Assembly: GCA_965113315.1 (NCBI GenBank) | Contig: OZ220366.1 | Direction: 5' to 3' (one strand) | Length of the DNA: 64,000 nt | From: Podarcis vaucheri | Taxonomy: Eukaryota | Shown: positions 1 through 13,443 of the stretch, piece by piece | How positions within the stretch are numbered: position 1 is the stretch's first letter | Layout: the number at the start of each line of letters is the position of its first letter | The notes under the pieces: generated by a model | What the model saw: only the letters and a program-made list of their open reading frames with translations | Database searches by the model: none | What the model was told of the DNA's origin: nothing | Made by a program: the position numbers and the translations under genes

Positions 1-1200
1 GTTTTTTGTATACATTTCCATAACTAGCAAATAATTAACAAACTGTATCAAAGCCTGGGACATCTTGAGACATTGTATTTGTTATAAATCAGCTTAACGT
101 CGGCTACATATCTGCCTCTTCCAAATTTACCTATGCACATAGCACATATGGATCAAGCTGCATATAGATCAAGTTGACTGGGCAAGTAAACAACCTTCAG
201 TCAGTCAGTCAGTGGGCGCATTCGGTTGATTATGTTCTCATAAAATCCGATTACGTTTCCTGTTTCTAACAACATTTTCCCCTTTAATAAAGCAAATTCA
301 TGGGAATCCAGGATCTGAATCATTTTTTCTTGGACCTGTGCATTCCATTTTAACCTCCTATTTCCAAGTATCAGATATTCCGTTTTATCCAATAATTTAG
401 GAAAGGCAAGAGAAACGAACGATGTCAGAGATAACTCAAGTGGAAAGTGGTCACTTTCAGCTCTGGGAATTATCCTAAAGGTGTCTCAGTTGATTGGCAC
501 ATTATTACATGTTAGGATACAATCTATGGTGCTAGTAAATCCTCTGGGGGAAATAAACCCTCTTGATCCCCTTGACTGTGCCTATTGCATAACAAAAGGT
601 TATGCTTAATTATAAGTTCACAGAGATATTTCCCAGGTGGTGTCCACTGCTGCCCTCTGACAGATTTCAGGTTCATCCTCCAAGTTTAGTCCAGATAATA
701 TTGTATTTTGTGGGATATAAGGCCGATCCAGGCATTGAAGTCGCCTCCCAAGACAAGCCGAGGATTGGGAGAAAGATAGTCTATACTTTCGAGTAGTTGG
801 TCAAGTTTTCCCCAATATGATCTCAGTTCCCCACAAGACTTTACTGGAGGTATGTACACACAGATACAGTAAGTATTTCTCCAGAGACTATCAGAAAGGG
901 ACAATACTAAAAAATTAGAGGTGGTCAGTGAGGGACACTATTGAATTGATACATTAAGAGATGTTGACAACAGCACCGCCAGCCCCCTGCTAGGCCTTCC
1001 ATACTTTACAGTTTTAAGAGCTGGTTGAGTGTAACTTGCAAAACCCTGTAATTCAACCATAGTGCCCTCTTTTGCCTAAGTTTCCTGAAGAAAGATGATA
1101 TCATGTGTTTGTAGATAGGAACAGAAATCACTGTCTTGGATCTTGTTTGGCCACCACATTACATTCCATGAGAGAAGTTTAATTGTTTTACAGTTATTTA
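1..1200 (-). mobile_element. Degenerate non-LTR retrotransposon, APE endonuclease region (clade unassigned); runs off the window start
   Basis: Minus-strand translation gives APE motifs in the correct order: IKLLSWNV (~1183-1160), DIIFLQET (~1102-1079), GRPSRGL (~1000-980), CVYIPP...LVLGGDFNA (ORF 686-904), STIDCIL (~535-513), ESDHF (SDH at 455-447). Stops and frameshifts interrupt it. Confidence 0.85.
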
Positions 1201-1301
1201 CTCTTGTTGTCGCCATTTCACTTTGGTATTTTGGTGTTCTGTTAGGGCCAGCTTGTTATTAACTGATAAACTGTGGACCTCTTTGGATAATTGGGTTATT
1301 T

Positions 1302-1336
1302 GAGAAGAAGAGTTTGGATTTGATATCCTGCTTTAT
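1302..1336 (-). mobile_element. Short 3' remnant of Squam3-like SINE
   Basis: gagaagaagagtttggatttgatatcctgctttat matches the tail junction of the full copies at 25153-25418 and 34451-34784. Confidence 0.65.
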
Positions 1337-3639
1337 TTTTAAAAATATATAGGTTCAGCCTTTCATGGACTTAAATCACAAAGTTGTCATTCACTGTATT
1401 CTGGGAAGGAGGAATTATACATGTCCTTTTATGTGTAAAATAATTGTTCACTTTTTAACTATAGGGTTCCTACAAATAGATTTTCTTTTGCCCATTCCCC
1501 AGTGAAAGACAGATACAGTGTTCTTTTCCTTGAATACAGAATGCACAAATAACCAGACTACTGGAAAGATTTATGATTAAAATATAAATTTTTCATAATG
1601 CTTGATAATCTCTCCACTGAACCTCTTCTCCCAAGAGAGTAAGGTATCACGCTGAGATAAGTGGTCTGCTTACTTTTGTAACAATGGCATATAGCCAGTG
1701 GCTAACCCTTGCAATTCCTTTACCCCAGCTCATTTTGAAACTTTCAGCCAGTTTTGGAAGAGGGTGGATATCTATAGCATCCAGCATGGAAGAAAGAGAA
1801 AAATGCACTATGGCCACAGCACACACTCAGTTACTCTTTATGTTCCCATCTGGGTTCTGCTTGTTAGAAGAGGCCATCTGCCTGCCTCTGGAACTCAGCT
1901 AGAACTCAAGGAAATGAGTCTCCTACCTCTTCCATGCAGGATACTGTCTAGAGGCTGCCCCTAACTTGCCACCTGGTGCATGTGCTCCTTCTTGTCCCTC
2001 TCCCCTTAATCTGAGCCTCGAAATATGGGCAAACATTAGTATTTATCAAATTCACAAATTTAGAGCAGCACTAAGGGATTGGTAATGTATGCAAAACCAC
2101 AAAGATATCCCGAAGTACAAAATTCACCACTTTCTGCAAAGTTGAGATGGACCATTACCCCCCTCAGCCTCACAGTTAATCCAATGGTGCAGTTAGCTGT
2201 GTGCTCCACACAGAGGCAAATCTTTGTAGAGCACTGCAATATTTACTTCTTCAGCAGCTGGGTGCATTGCAGTCCTCCTACCAGATGGTGGCAGTGAAAG
2301 AGTTCCTTTTGTCTTCTGCAGCTTCAGTGAATAGGAAGTTCAATCCAAGATTGTTGGATAGGAAGTTCAAGACCCAATTTTGGTGCCCTCAACTCTCACC
2401 TTCTCTTCTGCTGAATTCAATATGTCATAGTTGCAACACCTTGCATGATTGAGGACTACAGGAGCAGGCCAAGAAGTTCAGAAGAGGACAGAAGCGATGA
2501 CGTCCCAATAAGTTTTGCCATCCCTCCTGGCAAGCTTCAAAGATGAGGCATGGTGACATACTTGTGAGACTTTCTTGCATTGCTGGAGTGTCGAGCTTGC
2601 AAACATACATTTTGTTGGGAAGGTGGATCTGCTCCCTTTTGCATGAGAGGACTCTCATCTCTGCCACTGGTCTTCCCATTCCCAAAATTGACTTGGATGA
2701 AGAGGAATGAGCATTGGTGTGAAGAGCTTTAGCAGTGAAAGAGATATTATTTTCATAGCCTAAACATGCCTGGATTCTTACAAGCATGCCTAGAAGGTTC
2801 CATTGCCACCAGGGAGTACAGGAAATCATATAATGCCCTTTTTCCGCTTACCCTGATGGGAATGATAAGTAAGTCTCAGCATTTTTCTTTTGAGCAAACT
2901 GGCTTATTATAATTTCCACTCGAAAAGACAGAAGTATGTCATAGATAGCCATAGAATGCCGAGATGCTTAGAATAATTCCAAGTAGCTCTCTCACTTGCA
3001 TTTCATTTCTTCGCTGGTCGAAAATAGCAAAAAGAACATTTATTGATGTAACATTGCAGAGAATATTTGTGCATTTGTGAAGCTCTTTGATAGCTTTTTC
3101 TTTTTCTTTAGGAAAGGTGTTGTAAGGGCACCTTACAATACACAGGTTTTTTATGCTAGAAAGCAAGGACACTGCAATGAAAAGAAACTGTAAATGAGGT
3201 CAGCTTTCAGATAATGTTTTCAAGACCTTTCTTAGTTCTTCCAACCTTATTTAGAATTTGCTCACTGTGTGCATCTTGAACTGCTGAGTTTAAAGAAAAT
3301 TCAACGTAATATAGTAGATGCTCCACTGTGGGAATCTACGGAACTGTGCTGCTTTTTTACTTTTTTTTTACTTCAGTAATATAATATTTGAGAACAAAGG
3401 TCTCTGCTTCAGAGAGATGATAAAAAAATCCCTCAAGAGCCATCTGAAACACAAATTGGCTAAAATGGAAAGCAAATAAAAATATATTGGTGCATTACTA
3501 ATGCCAAAAAATGCACAGGAGTCTGATATGGGGCAACTCTCCTGCTCAAACCCACTGGTGGCTGAAAGATAACTGTTCCTGGCAACCTTGAGATTATTAC
3601 CTGTGAGAATATGTGATTGTCTTAACATGTATTCAACGG

Positions 3640-3756
3640 TTTTAAATAGGTTTATTCTATTTTTAATTGTATTGTTTTCATGTTTTCCACCTTGGGTTCC
3701 TTTGGGAAGGAAGGGCTAGAAATATAATAAATAAATATATAACAAAATAAAATAAA
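3640..3756 (+). mobile_element. Degraded L2-type 3' tail
   Basis: T-rich tract, ccaccttgggttcctttgggaaggaagggc stem, then an (AAAT)n-like tail. Confidence 0.45.
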
Positions 3757-4516
3757 TGCTAAATTTCACAAGACACAATGCCTGATGAAAATAAATTTTG
3801 AACATTGCATTTTGGGGACTCTAACATGGTAACCAGTTGCCTGCCATGCTGCTCCACCAATCAGCATGGGGAGAGCAGGGAGCGGTAATAGTGGGTGTTG
3901 CTTCTGACTGGACAGGGTCCCATCACCAGCACCATGCTGAGGGCCTGCTAAAATCTTCTGGAATTCATGATTCCAGCTGTGTCTGTCATCATATGTAGTT
4001 CAACTTTCATCTTCCATAGCACATGGTATAATACCCGAAGGATTAAAGTTAGTCCATTAGCAATGTTTCTTATTTGCTTCTCTTTTTGCTCCCAAATTGG
4101 ACAAAGGCAAGTTTAAACCACACGTAAACAGAAACAGACGGGGCGAGGATCTGCTATGACCTCTGAGTGGAATCTCTCGCACACAAACTAAACAATAGAA
4201 ATGATACCGTCTTGCATCATGCAATGTTCGCTGCCACAAACTGTGCTGCACATTCGGATCTTTTCATTCTTTAATGACAATTTCCCAGCTGACAATCTTT
4301 TTCTCGGATGACAAACTGTTTCAGCTGGCTTCTCAACCAATAAAATAATGGTGCAATTCCTTTACAGAAACAATATAGCCACAAAGTGTGCCTGCAATTT
4401 TCTCCCTCTTTTTTAAAAAAAGAGGAAAGGAGAGAGACTGATTCAGTTAGTGAAGCATAAAAGAAGGAAACACAATGGCAGAACACATGCAGAAAGAGCC
4501 TGAAAGGAAACAGTTG

Positions 4517-5689
4517 TGTTATAGTTTGTGGGTGCTAGACACCCCACATTCCTGGATTGAGCAAACTGTAGAATTTAATGAATGCTCAGAGGGTGAAAAC
4601 TAAATGTCAGACACTGGATTTAGCAAGTATTAAAATATAAGCCAGGCTAGCTTCCTGTGTCAGGAAATTGCCTGGGAGAGGAGCCATTAAGAAAGAGCAA
4701 GGGAAGGTAATGAGCCATTTGGAAAGCCAAAGAGAGGGGGCTCTCTGCAAGACAGCAAATGGAAGGGGCCCCTCCCTCAACTCAGAGTTTAGTTTGGAAG
4801 ACAAAACAAAGTTTAAAAGTAGAGTTTAAAAGTTGGTTGTGAGGTGACCTAGGGGGAAAGGTTGCAGTCTGTAAAAGTCAGCAAGCTGCAAAGAGTCAGA
4901 ACCATGGTTGGTGTTTGTTTGAATCCAAGGCTTCAGCTATGGAAAAAGCAAGACCTTCTTGGGGTGTCAGTGCTGTGACCCCCTCCATCATAGGCTCAGC
5001 TTGTATATACAGTGGAACTTTGGTTTTCAAACGTCTCAGCTGTCGAACATCTCGGAAGCCAAACACCGAAAACCTGGAAGTGAATGCTTCCGTTTTCAAA
5101 CGTGCCTTGCAAGTCAAATGGCTTCCAAGGTGCAGTTCTTAATTTTCACCATAGACTTTGCCGATAGCCCTTTGATCCTTGGCTTTTTGACGTTTGGGAA
5201 GTTGAGCGGTCTTCCAGAATGGATTACATTCAAAAACTGAGGCTCCACTGTATGTATAAATCAACCATATGTCATAAAGATACCACAGTCTCCGCTGTGC
5301 CTCATTCCCAAAAGGAAACATAGACCTTGCGTAAGTGCACCTGGAACCCCTGGAAAAATCTTGCTCAAGGGGCTGGATTCTGCACCACTCACTCAGGGAG
5401 TCAGTTTAACCCCTAATGCTTAGTCAACCACACCACAGTGGGACCTTTCTTGGCTACTTCCTGGAGGGGCCCCAGCAGCTGGGCTGGGGGGGGGGAGAGA
5501 GAGAGAGCATTGGACAGCAGCTGTGCTCTCAGATCACTGATCCGTGTTCCATGCTTAGGGAACCCCGCAAAAATTCCTGTAGCCAATAAATTTGTTGCCT
5601 CTCTTCACCCATTTCTGCTCTGTGGCACCCATTATTCTGTTCCTGAGGTCACAGCATCTTGTGTGGGGTGCAGAATAAAAGCCGTAACT
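4517..5689 (+). mobile_element. Probable solo LTR interrupted by a MITE
   Basis: Starts tgttatag and ends ccgtaact (degenerate TGTTA...TAACA termini). AATAAA lies near 5586. Flanks gttg/attg form an imperfect TSD. Confidence 0.5.
5010..5250. mobile_element. Non-autonomous Tc1/mariner (pogo/Tigger-like) MITE
   Basis: TIRs cagtggaactttggttttcaaacgt ... acattcaaaaactgaggctccactg, with TA on both sides. Confidence 0.85.
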
Positions 5690-6502
5690 ATTGTCACAAC
5701 ATTGAAATGTTTACATAGATGCTTAACAGTTTCAAGACCTAAAGTTTAGTCATAAACAGTAAACTAATGAAAACTTGTCTTATTAATAAATATACAATAA
5801 AACACTCCACTGATACTTCATAATAATGTCCAACAATAAATAATAATCCAGATAAAAGCAAAAGCAATACATCTCCAAAACTAAATCTTGATCCTAGCAG
5901 CAAGCCTTAAACAATCCTGCAACCTGCTTAAATGCTCCTCAGCTTGTGAATATGTATATATACATATTGTACTGTATCCATTTGGAATGAATTGCTTGCT
6001 TTTAACTTAGCATCACATAGACATCCATTAAAAATTCCATACAAAGTTTATCAGCATGTTATTGTTAAGTTTGCAAATGGCAATCTTATAATTTGCATGA
6101 CAATGGCACTGTGCATCTGCATTTGTTCAAAACAAGAATTTACTTCATTTCAGATGGTGAAGCATTTGAAACTTGTCAAAGCTTCTATTCATTGACATCA
6201 GAAGTGTGTGCGAGTGCACATATTTAAACTTTGTGTTTTCACATTGCTCAGAGATCCTGTGTTAAAGTTTGGTTGTCAAACTATTCTCTGTCTTGCAGTG
6301 GGCTTATAGGCATATGTTTCTGTGGTGGTGATGGCTTTTTTTCTAGGATAAGTTTCAACCAAAGTCTTATCCAGAAATATCTCAAACAGTACAGCGCTGG
6401 CACATTTATAGCCATCTTGACTAGCACTGGATTTCTTGTGACCTGTGCATTTTTTCATTAAGGCCTTGTTGAAATAAATTAAAACTGTAACTAACTTTCT
6501 TT

Positions 6503-6593
6503 GATTGCAACCCTATGGACACACTACTTAGGAGTCAAACCCATTGACCTCAGTAAAACATACTTCTGTCTAGATAAGAATGGAATTGCCCTG
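6503..6593. mobile_element. Old ~90-bp quasi-palindromic dispersed repeat; related copies near 31200-31290, 31575-31625, 43255-43340, 45600-45680, 49165-49240 and 51100-51160
   Basis: The core 'gagtaagtcccattgaantcantgggacttacttc' recurs in degenerate form at these sites. Confidence 0.5.
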
Positions 6594-7763
6594 TTGTGAA
6601 AATCCCAATTATCTCAATGGGAAAGCATGAAACTTCTAAGTATCTTCAGTATCTATGCTTCCTGGTTTGCTATGGCATATGTTTCCCTTGAACTCAGGGG
6701 TGGGGTATCTTTCTAAGCTCAAAGGCTGAGTTTCCTTCTTAGTAATCTTCTGAGAGTCATATGCAAGTGGTGGGCAGGGCCAGAGAGGAAGTGAGTGGAG
6801 TTGCAAGTGTAGATGTTACCTTTGTTTAGTAGGCTAGTTTCTACACACCCCTCTCTTCTTGTCATCGAGACAAGCAAAAGGCATTATCCAAGATCAAGGA
6901 CATATTTCAGCCAGGAAGGCAAACATGTTTGGGATATGAAGTAGGGTGAGTGATAATGTATAGCCTGGTTAGAGCGGTGTGGCTTGGGGAAGAGGCCCAT
7001 GTGCCTGATAGAAATAATTGGAATTGGCTCCAGGATTTGGGGTTGCCTACTCCTGCATGTAAAACAGGAGTCTTCCTTCTTGTTTATATGTGTAGAAGCT
7101 GATTTTTACAGCTGCACAAACTGGGGAGGAAATGGAAGGGTTTGTTGCTTTGGTGATATATCAGCCTCATATAACCAACATGCTGAACTTGAATTGATAC
7201 ATGAAGGGGTTAAGACTATAGAGTAAGCTGTGCTGCCAGGCTTAAGTAGGTGGCACCCCGTCACCTTGGGAGGAAAGGTTACCAAACACTTTGCCCTTCC
7301 TCTTTCCCATCGTGTAACCAACCAGTTAGGATGTCTAGGCTGGTTGCTTCAAGCCCAGACCATGTGGTTTCAGCAAGCCATCTTTGTGTTTCTACAGATA
7401 ATTTCTACAAATTTCTACAAATAATTTAGAAACACTTGCCAGTTTTGAAACTGTTGTCCTTGCTGCTCTATGGTAAAGCACACAAATCTGACCTTTGAAG
7501 AGTTTGTAAGTAAACCATTTTTAACTTACCAAACTTAGGGTCCCTTTCTATGCTAAGGAAAAGTGAAAAATTTTGAAGCAACTTAGAAGGGAATATTTTA
7601 AAGGTCTAATGGACTATATTTCCATGCTTTGCTTTGCTGCATGTTTTGTGATTTTAAATCTTTGCTGGGGCTCTCTCAACAAAGAGTATGTGCCCCAGGA
7701 ATTCTCCTTTTATTCTTTTAACCAAATTACCCCAAAACACCAACAAAAGTGACAGACAAATCT

Positions 7764-7805
<42 letters not shown>

Positions 7806-7807
7806 TG
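7764..7807. repeat. (CT)n(GT)n compound microsatellite
   Basis: Direct reading. Confidence 0.95.
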
Positions 7808-9819
7808 AAGGAAAACACGATAGCCCAAATTCTTCATTCCTTTTCCTAGAGAGTGTGCTTTAGAAATTGCTCAAATGGAAGTTGTTTACTATGTGTCACA
7901 GCAGTGCTATATTTAACCTGGGGTGGCTGGCTTTTGTTTTGTTGTCAAATAAAAATCGAAGACATGAAAGCTTAGAAAAGTGGGCAGAATCTTGTTAAAA
8001 AGTGTCCTCCACAGTGGCAGATGCAGAGGTGGAGAAAGGTCTAGGTGGCTTACTTGTTTATATACACAAGGCCATTAAATGTCCACGGAACAAAAGGTTT
8101 TCCTTTTTTCTCTCCCCCCCCCATCACACTCTGAAGCATTGCAGGGCAGCATTACATTAAATTAGCTTTCGTGTACATATTCTTCTGGGGACTAATCAAA
8201 CAGAGCCCATGTCTCTAGGATCAAACAACTAATCTTTGCAGCTTTGTCAGACTGCTGACTCTCCCATCAATCACACCACAGACTTCGGAAAAGTGTGAGA
8301 TTCTGCTGAATAGCAATCTGTTCTGGACTGCGATGAACCTCTTTTGCTAGCAAACCTACAGTAGGAATACAGGAGACAGACCTTAAAGTGTTGCTTTCAT
8401 GCAGCAGTTGAAACTGATGAGTGCAAAACAAAACCGGGGACAGGGGTGTTAGATATTTTAGAAAAGTAGAAAATGCTAATCATTTTTTTATTCTTTTTCA
8501 GAAACCAAAGTAATTGACTGCTGGAACTGCTTGTGTTGTGAGTATTGATCAGTGACAGTTAGAGGCGTTCTTCACTATCTCTCGTCCTGTGAGGCCTAAT
8601 TAACAAAGGCTGGCTTGCTGAATTAGATAAAGCTCAGTGTCCACTGAAATTAATGTGATGCTGTCTGAGCATCCTTCACCTAATAGGGGAAAATCAAGTT
8701 TAAGTGGAGGAAAAGAGGAAAGTCCTGTTAAGAGCTAAAACAATTGTGACTAGAATAGAAGTGGATTAATACAAGAGCTTTGCATGGGCAAACTTTTTTT
8801 TTTAAAAAAAGAGGAATGTGGGATGCTCTGTTTTGTCTCCTGATACTTCTAATGATGCCTTTATTATTAGGAAGTAGGAAGACATCCTTTCTACCTTTCT
8901 AAACTAGCTTCTTCGTGCAAATGCATCTTTTCAATGTTAAACCTTTGCAGTATGTTTACGGATAGAAGTTAAAGGAAGTAGAAGAGAGAATTGGCATTCT
9001 CTGCACCATCTTGCATTATGCAGTGGATAGACCAGGCCACCGGGCTGCAAATTTGTAACTGTGCTTTCAATGCATTAAAGGTCTACTTTGTGCATTGCTA
9101 GTGGGATACGAAGATCAAAGAACTTTGGCATTAAGGATCAGCAGTGATGCAGGGATGGGAAAAATAAGTTTATTTCCAGTCCTTGTCCCTTTTGCCTGAA
9201 GTCACCCAGAAATCCGTTTCATCTCATTTCTTCAAACAAATTTAATCTGCACCAAAAATAGCATTTAAATGCATGTTTCTAAATGTGTAGATGCATTTAT
9301 TTATTTATTTAGAGCTGGGAACTGCAACAGAACTTTTAGGAAGTGCCAAAGCCAGTATTCCATTCCATACATTGCTTTGGGAGGTACAGATCAGGTCAGT
9401 TGGTCTGAGGTCATGGAGCCCCATCAAGTTTACAGAAGTTCAGATATGAGGTTGCTCACAGTTATTACACTGGGGGTGTAAATCAGAATTCTAATTTCAT
9501 ACACACATCAAAACTGCTATCTTCTCAGTATGGCAACAAATATATATATATAAAATAACACCATATGCCACTGCTAAAAAACCAAAAACCCAACGAGACA
9601 AAATTAAGTAATAAGAATTGAGAGAAAGAATTAACGATAATGAGTCATGAAAATAGCACTCCTATACAAGTTGTTCTATAATCATCATTTGGTTATGTAA
9701 AATACCTACTAAGTGTTTTTTAGTCCTGAATTATTTGAATATCACCTTGTTTAAAATATTTCTCACAGTTCAGATTCTGATTTGTTTAAGGGGTGGAATT
9801 CTATCATTGGCTGCAGCAA

Positions 9820-10020
9820 TGACACATTGGCTGTCACAAGAAGTGGAGATGGTTTTCAAAGGGGAGTAGAAAAAATATCGGAGGATGAATGTATCATGAC
9901 TGTAATACTACCTCCTAGATCTGAGATAACATGAATTCTAGTTGCTGGGGAACAACAGTAGAAGAGAGCTATATTGTACTCTATATTGCTGGACTAGATA
10001 GATCAAGTGAGGAACTTTTT
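9820..10020 (+). mobile_element. Old CR1-type 3' end fragment
   Basis: gatggttttcaaaggggagtagaaaaaatatcggaggat ... tgctggactagat resembles the CR1 3' pieces at 30920-31110 and 52735-52985. Confidence 0.45.
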
Positions 10021-11694
10021 TTTCCAATCTGGGGGCCACATTTCCTTCTGGGCAACATTCTGAGGTGGGTGGTGGGTGAGGCCAGAGCCACAAGCAAAGC
10101 AGCAAATGGTGGAATAGGCTAGTTTCTCCACACACTCGCCCTTCCCTCTTATCTGTCAGAAATCCAAAAAAGCAAGAGGTGTTTAATAGTTTAGGGATCC
10201 ATTCCAAAAACACTTAGGGGGCAAAGCAGAGCCAGTGAAGGGAATGGCCTGAGGAGAGTCCCATAGAGAGGCCTTTACTTTGTCCCATCTTTTTGCATTT
10301 TCATGATTACTTTATACAATTCTAAAGACTTTCAGAAATAGACCACCATCTGGAGGACTGCAAGGAGATAAAACCTCAAAGTTCCTCATGTGAATGCTCA
10401 AGCTGCTGCTTGAATTATGTGCAGTTGGTTCTGTGAAACACATTTCTGCAGGTGGACCATCCCTTTTCTTGTACTTTCAATTTTTCCTTATATAAGTTTC
10501 CTGAATTTTTTTTTGCAGAAAGAAAGGAGCAGTTCCTTATTCAGAAGTCTTTCCCTTCAAGCAGAATAGATTATCTAGTTTATGGCCAAAACAAATCCCT
10601 AGTTATCCCAGGACAGCATCGTAAAAGGGGAAAAAATTGCATATCATGGAACATTTGGTTCTTTTGAGAGTACCTGGTAATGAGGCAAGTTACATAGATG
10701 TTTAACTTCGGCTAATACCATGGGAGTCATTCAGGTTCTGTTCCTTGAAAAATATACTACATTGATGCATTGGCATAGGAACGATCCAGATGTCAGCTAC
10801 CAAATGATCACAATTATCACATAAACTTCATTTTTGTGCGATCATTTATCAGCATTGCGTTTCTGTGGGATGCGAAGTGGGTTTTGATCAATATGAAGAG
10901 ATCAGCTTGCTTAGCATTGATTGATTAAACAAATCGTTAGGATGATGATAAGAAGTTACAGCTGACACCAATCACTCTGTAATTGCCTGATGGAGTTAAG
11001 ATTTTTCTGATAGGGCCACTAACACACCACAGGACGGTAATGTATAGCTTCTGTGATCACTAGATGACATATGATTATAGAGGTATTTAAGCCATGTGTC
11101 TAGAAGGCACAAGTAAGGGTGGGGGAGAGAATGGAAGATTTCTTTTCACACACACCCCGTATGAATGCAGGTAAAACCAAACATGTACAGCAAAAATTAT
11201 TGTGGTAAAATGCACTTAGTTCACTTTTAAAAAACCATTTTCATTGGCTTTTCCTCCTTTAAAAAGGAGCCAGTTCCTCCTTTATTGCCACTGAACAATA
11301 AAGAGGACATAGATTCAGACTTATTCAGCAATCTGTTGTGATATACTCTCCATTTAGGGGGAAATATTCACGTTTCATTCCAGTTCACATTTTTCGCAGG
11401 ACCTCCTCCCCTTTGGAAAGGTAGTTTCCCTCCTAACATAGAATGCTATCATCTTGTGCTGAATTTGGTAGCTTTTTAGGTACTGACACCTAGGCAGTGG
11501 TTCATAAAAAGCACTGGTAGTTTAGGGGAAAGGCATTGTGTTTATATTCTCCAATACGAGATTACAGTGTTCAAATGAGAATTTGATACTGGCTTTGTAT
11601 TTGCTGGATGGTGTATTTTTTCCTTCATTTTGAACCAAGGCCTTCTCTACAAATTATGATGAAAAATAGAGAATTTTGGCTTCAGACCAGTAAC

Positions 11695-12480
11695 TCTAGG
11701 TCACTGGTCAAGCACCTGTTTTGCATGCAGAAGGTCCCTGGTTTAATCCCTGGGTGTCAGGGACTGGCTGGATGAAGAAGAGTGGTGGGAGCTGCCCACT
11801 CGAGGGCACAGAAGATGACGATTGAGATCCTGGATCCTGGTGGTGGGATACTGGCCACACCTCAGAGGAGGGGACAAGTTGGGAGGTCCTAGAAGCAGGA
11901 AGCAGAAGGGATCATGGAGAGGCAGAAGCAGGCCGGTGGCCCAGCACAAGGCAGGGTGAGGAGGTTTCCAGTTGGGATGCAGGCTCTGATAGAGGCAACA
12001 GAGAGGGGCAGGACCCTGCATCTCCCCCACAGCACCAACAGCCTCTCAGCTGAAGGCTCTCCAACACCACTGACTCACAGAAGGATGTTACATGTAGCTG
12101 AGCAATGGGCCATATGGGCACAGAGAGAGGCTCCAGCTGCTTACCGTAGCAGAAGATTACAGGGGAGGTGCTCTGACTCAGATAGCTAGAGAGTGAAGGA
12201 GTGGCTGTACACCAGTTCAAGCAACTTCTTCATGAGGGGGGTTGCCTTTATGAGCCTCCTTGTATTTTCCCCCCTTTCCCTAATAAAGAAACTAACTGTG
12301 TTAGCCTCGCTTCTCCATCTCAGATCTGTGAATAACCTGATCATCATGTCAGGCCCTTGACACTGGCATCTCCAGGTATGGCTGGGAAAGACATGCATTA
12401 TGAAATCTTGGAGAGCTGTTGTCATTCAGCATCAGTCAGTACTGAGCTAGATGGACTAATTAAACAGCTGCCTATGTTCC
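11695..12480 (+). mobile_element. tRNA-derived SINE (Squam2-like) split by a solo LTR
   Basis: tRNA-like head ttttgcatgcagaaggtccctggtttaatccctgg resumes after the LTR as catctccaggtatggctgggaaagac...actgagctagatggac. Related copies lie at 35920-36100 and 47012-47128. Confidence 0.7.
11755..12362 (+). mobile_element. Solo LTR (Gypsy-like)
   Basis: Termini tgtcaggg ... cccttgaca (TG...CA with short inverted repeat). AATAAA near 12282. 5-bp flanks ctggg/ctggc. It cleanly interrupts a SINE. Confidence 0.8.
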
Positions 12481-12495
12481 ACGTAGAATATTCTC

Positions 12496-13443
12496 TTTTT
12501 ATTTATTTATTTAAATTTTATTAACATATAAAACACATACATATACATTTACACAATACACAGACACAACACACTACCTTATTTTCATAACATAAAACAT
12601 ACCTACATTACTCTATATAATACCTACCTATACTGTACATATCAACATATCAACCCACCTGCCCCACATGGACACCCACCAAGTGACTTGACTTCCAGCC
12701 GTTCTTGTTATGCTACTTTATTTTTCCAACTAGCTTAAATGCATTTAATTATTTCTTTAATCTCTTCTTCTTTCTTGACTTTACTCTTCTTTTACTTGAA
12801 TCATTTTCTGGATTCACTCAGTATCTGTCAGAAATTCTACTTTTTCCACATAAATTTTGATGTATTCCTTAAAGATGGCCCACTCCTTACTCACTTTTTG
12901 TACCATATCTCCTCTTATCCTCCCTGTTAGTTCGGCAATATGGAAGTATTCCATCATTTTAGATAACCAGTCTGTTTTAGTTGGGGCGCTGCTACTTTTC
13001 CAATTTTTGGCAGTCAATAACCTTGCCGCCGTAGTTGCATACATAAAGATTGGTCTGACCATTCTTTTTATTTCCTCTGACATGATACCTAGGAGAAAGG
13101 ATTCTGGGTTTTTTTCAAATGAAAATCTAAACATCTTTTTCAGTTCATTATATTATCCCAGAGTCCCACTATCTCTTTGCACTCCCACCACATATGTAGA
13201 AAGGTTCCTACCCCATTGTTGCATCTCCAACAGATATCACTACAGTTTTTATACATTTTTGCCAGTCTGACTGGGGTCATTTACCATCTGTATTGCATTT
13301 TCATTACATTCTCTCTTAAATTATAGCATGCCTTAAATTTGATATTTCTTTTCCACAGCCTTTCCCATTGGCTCATCATAATATTTTCCCCTAAATCCTG
13401 GGTCCACTTTACCATCACTGTCTTCACTTGTTCCTTCCACATT
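12496..13443 (-). mobile_element. 5'-truncated L1-clade LINE (ORF2 C-terminus plus 3' UTR), degraded
   Basis: Minus-strand peptides VKWTQDLG..WERLWK..IKFKACYNLRENVMK and NPESFLLGI..FMYATTAARLL..KNWK align with ORF 20583-21356. A-rich tail at 12496-12520. TSD gaatattctc (12486-12495) / gaatattttc (13444-13453). Confidence 0.9.

Noticed and set aside
1967-1979. CTCF-like motif tgccacctggtgc
   Set aside because: Isolated, with one mismatch to the core; unsupported without ChIP or conservation data.
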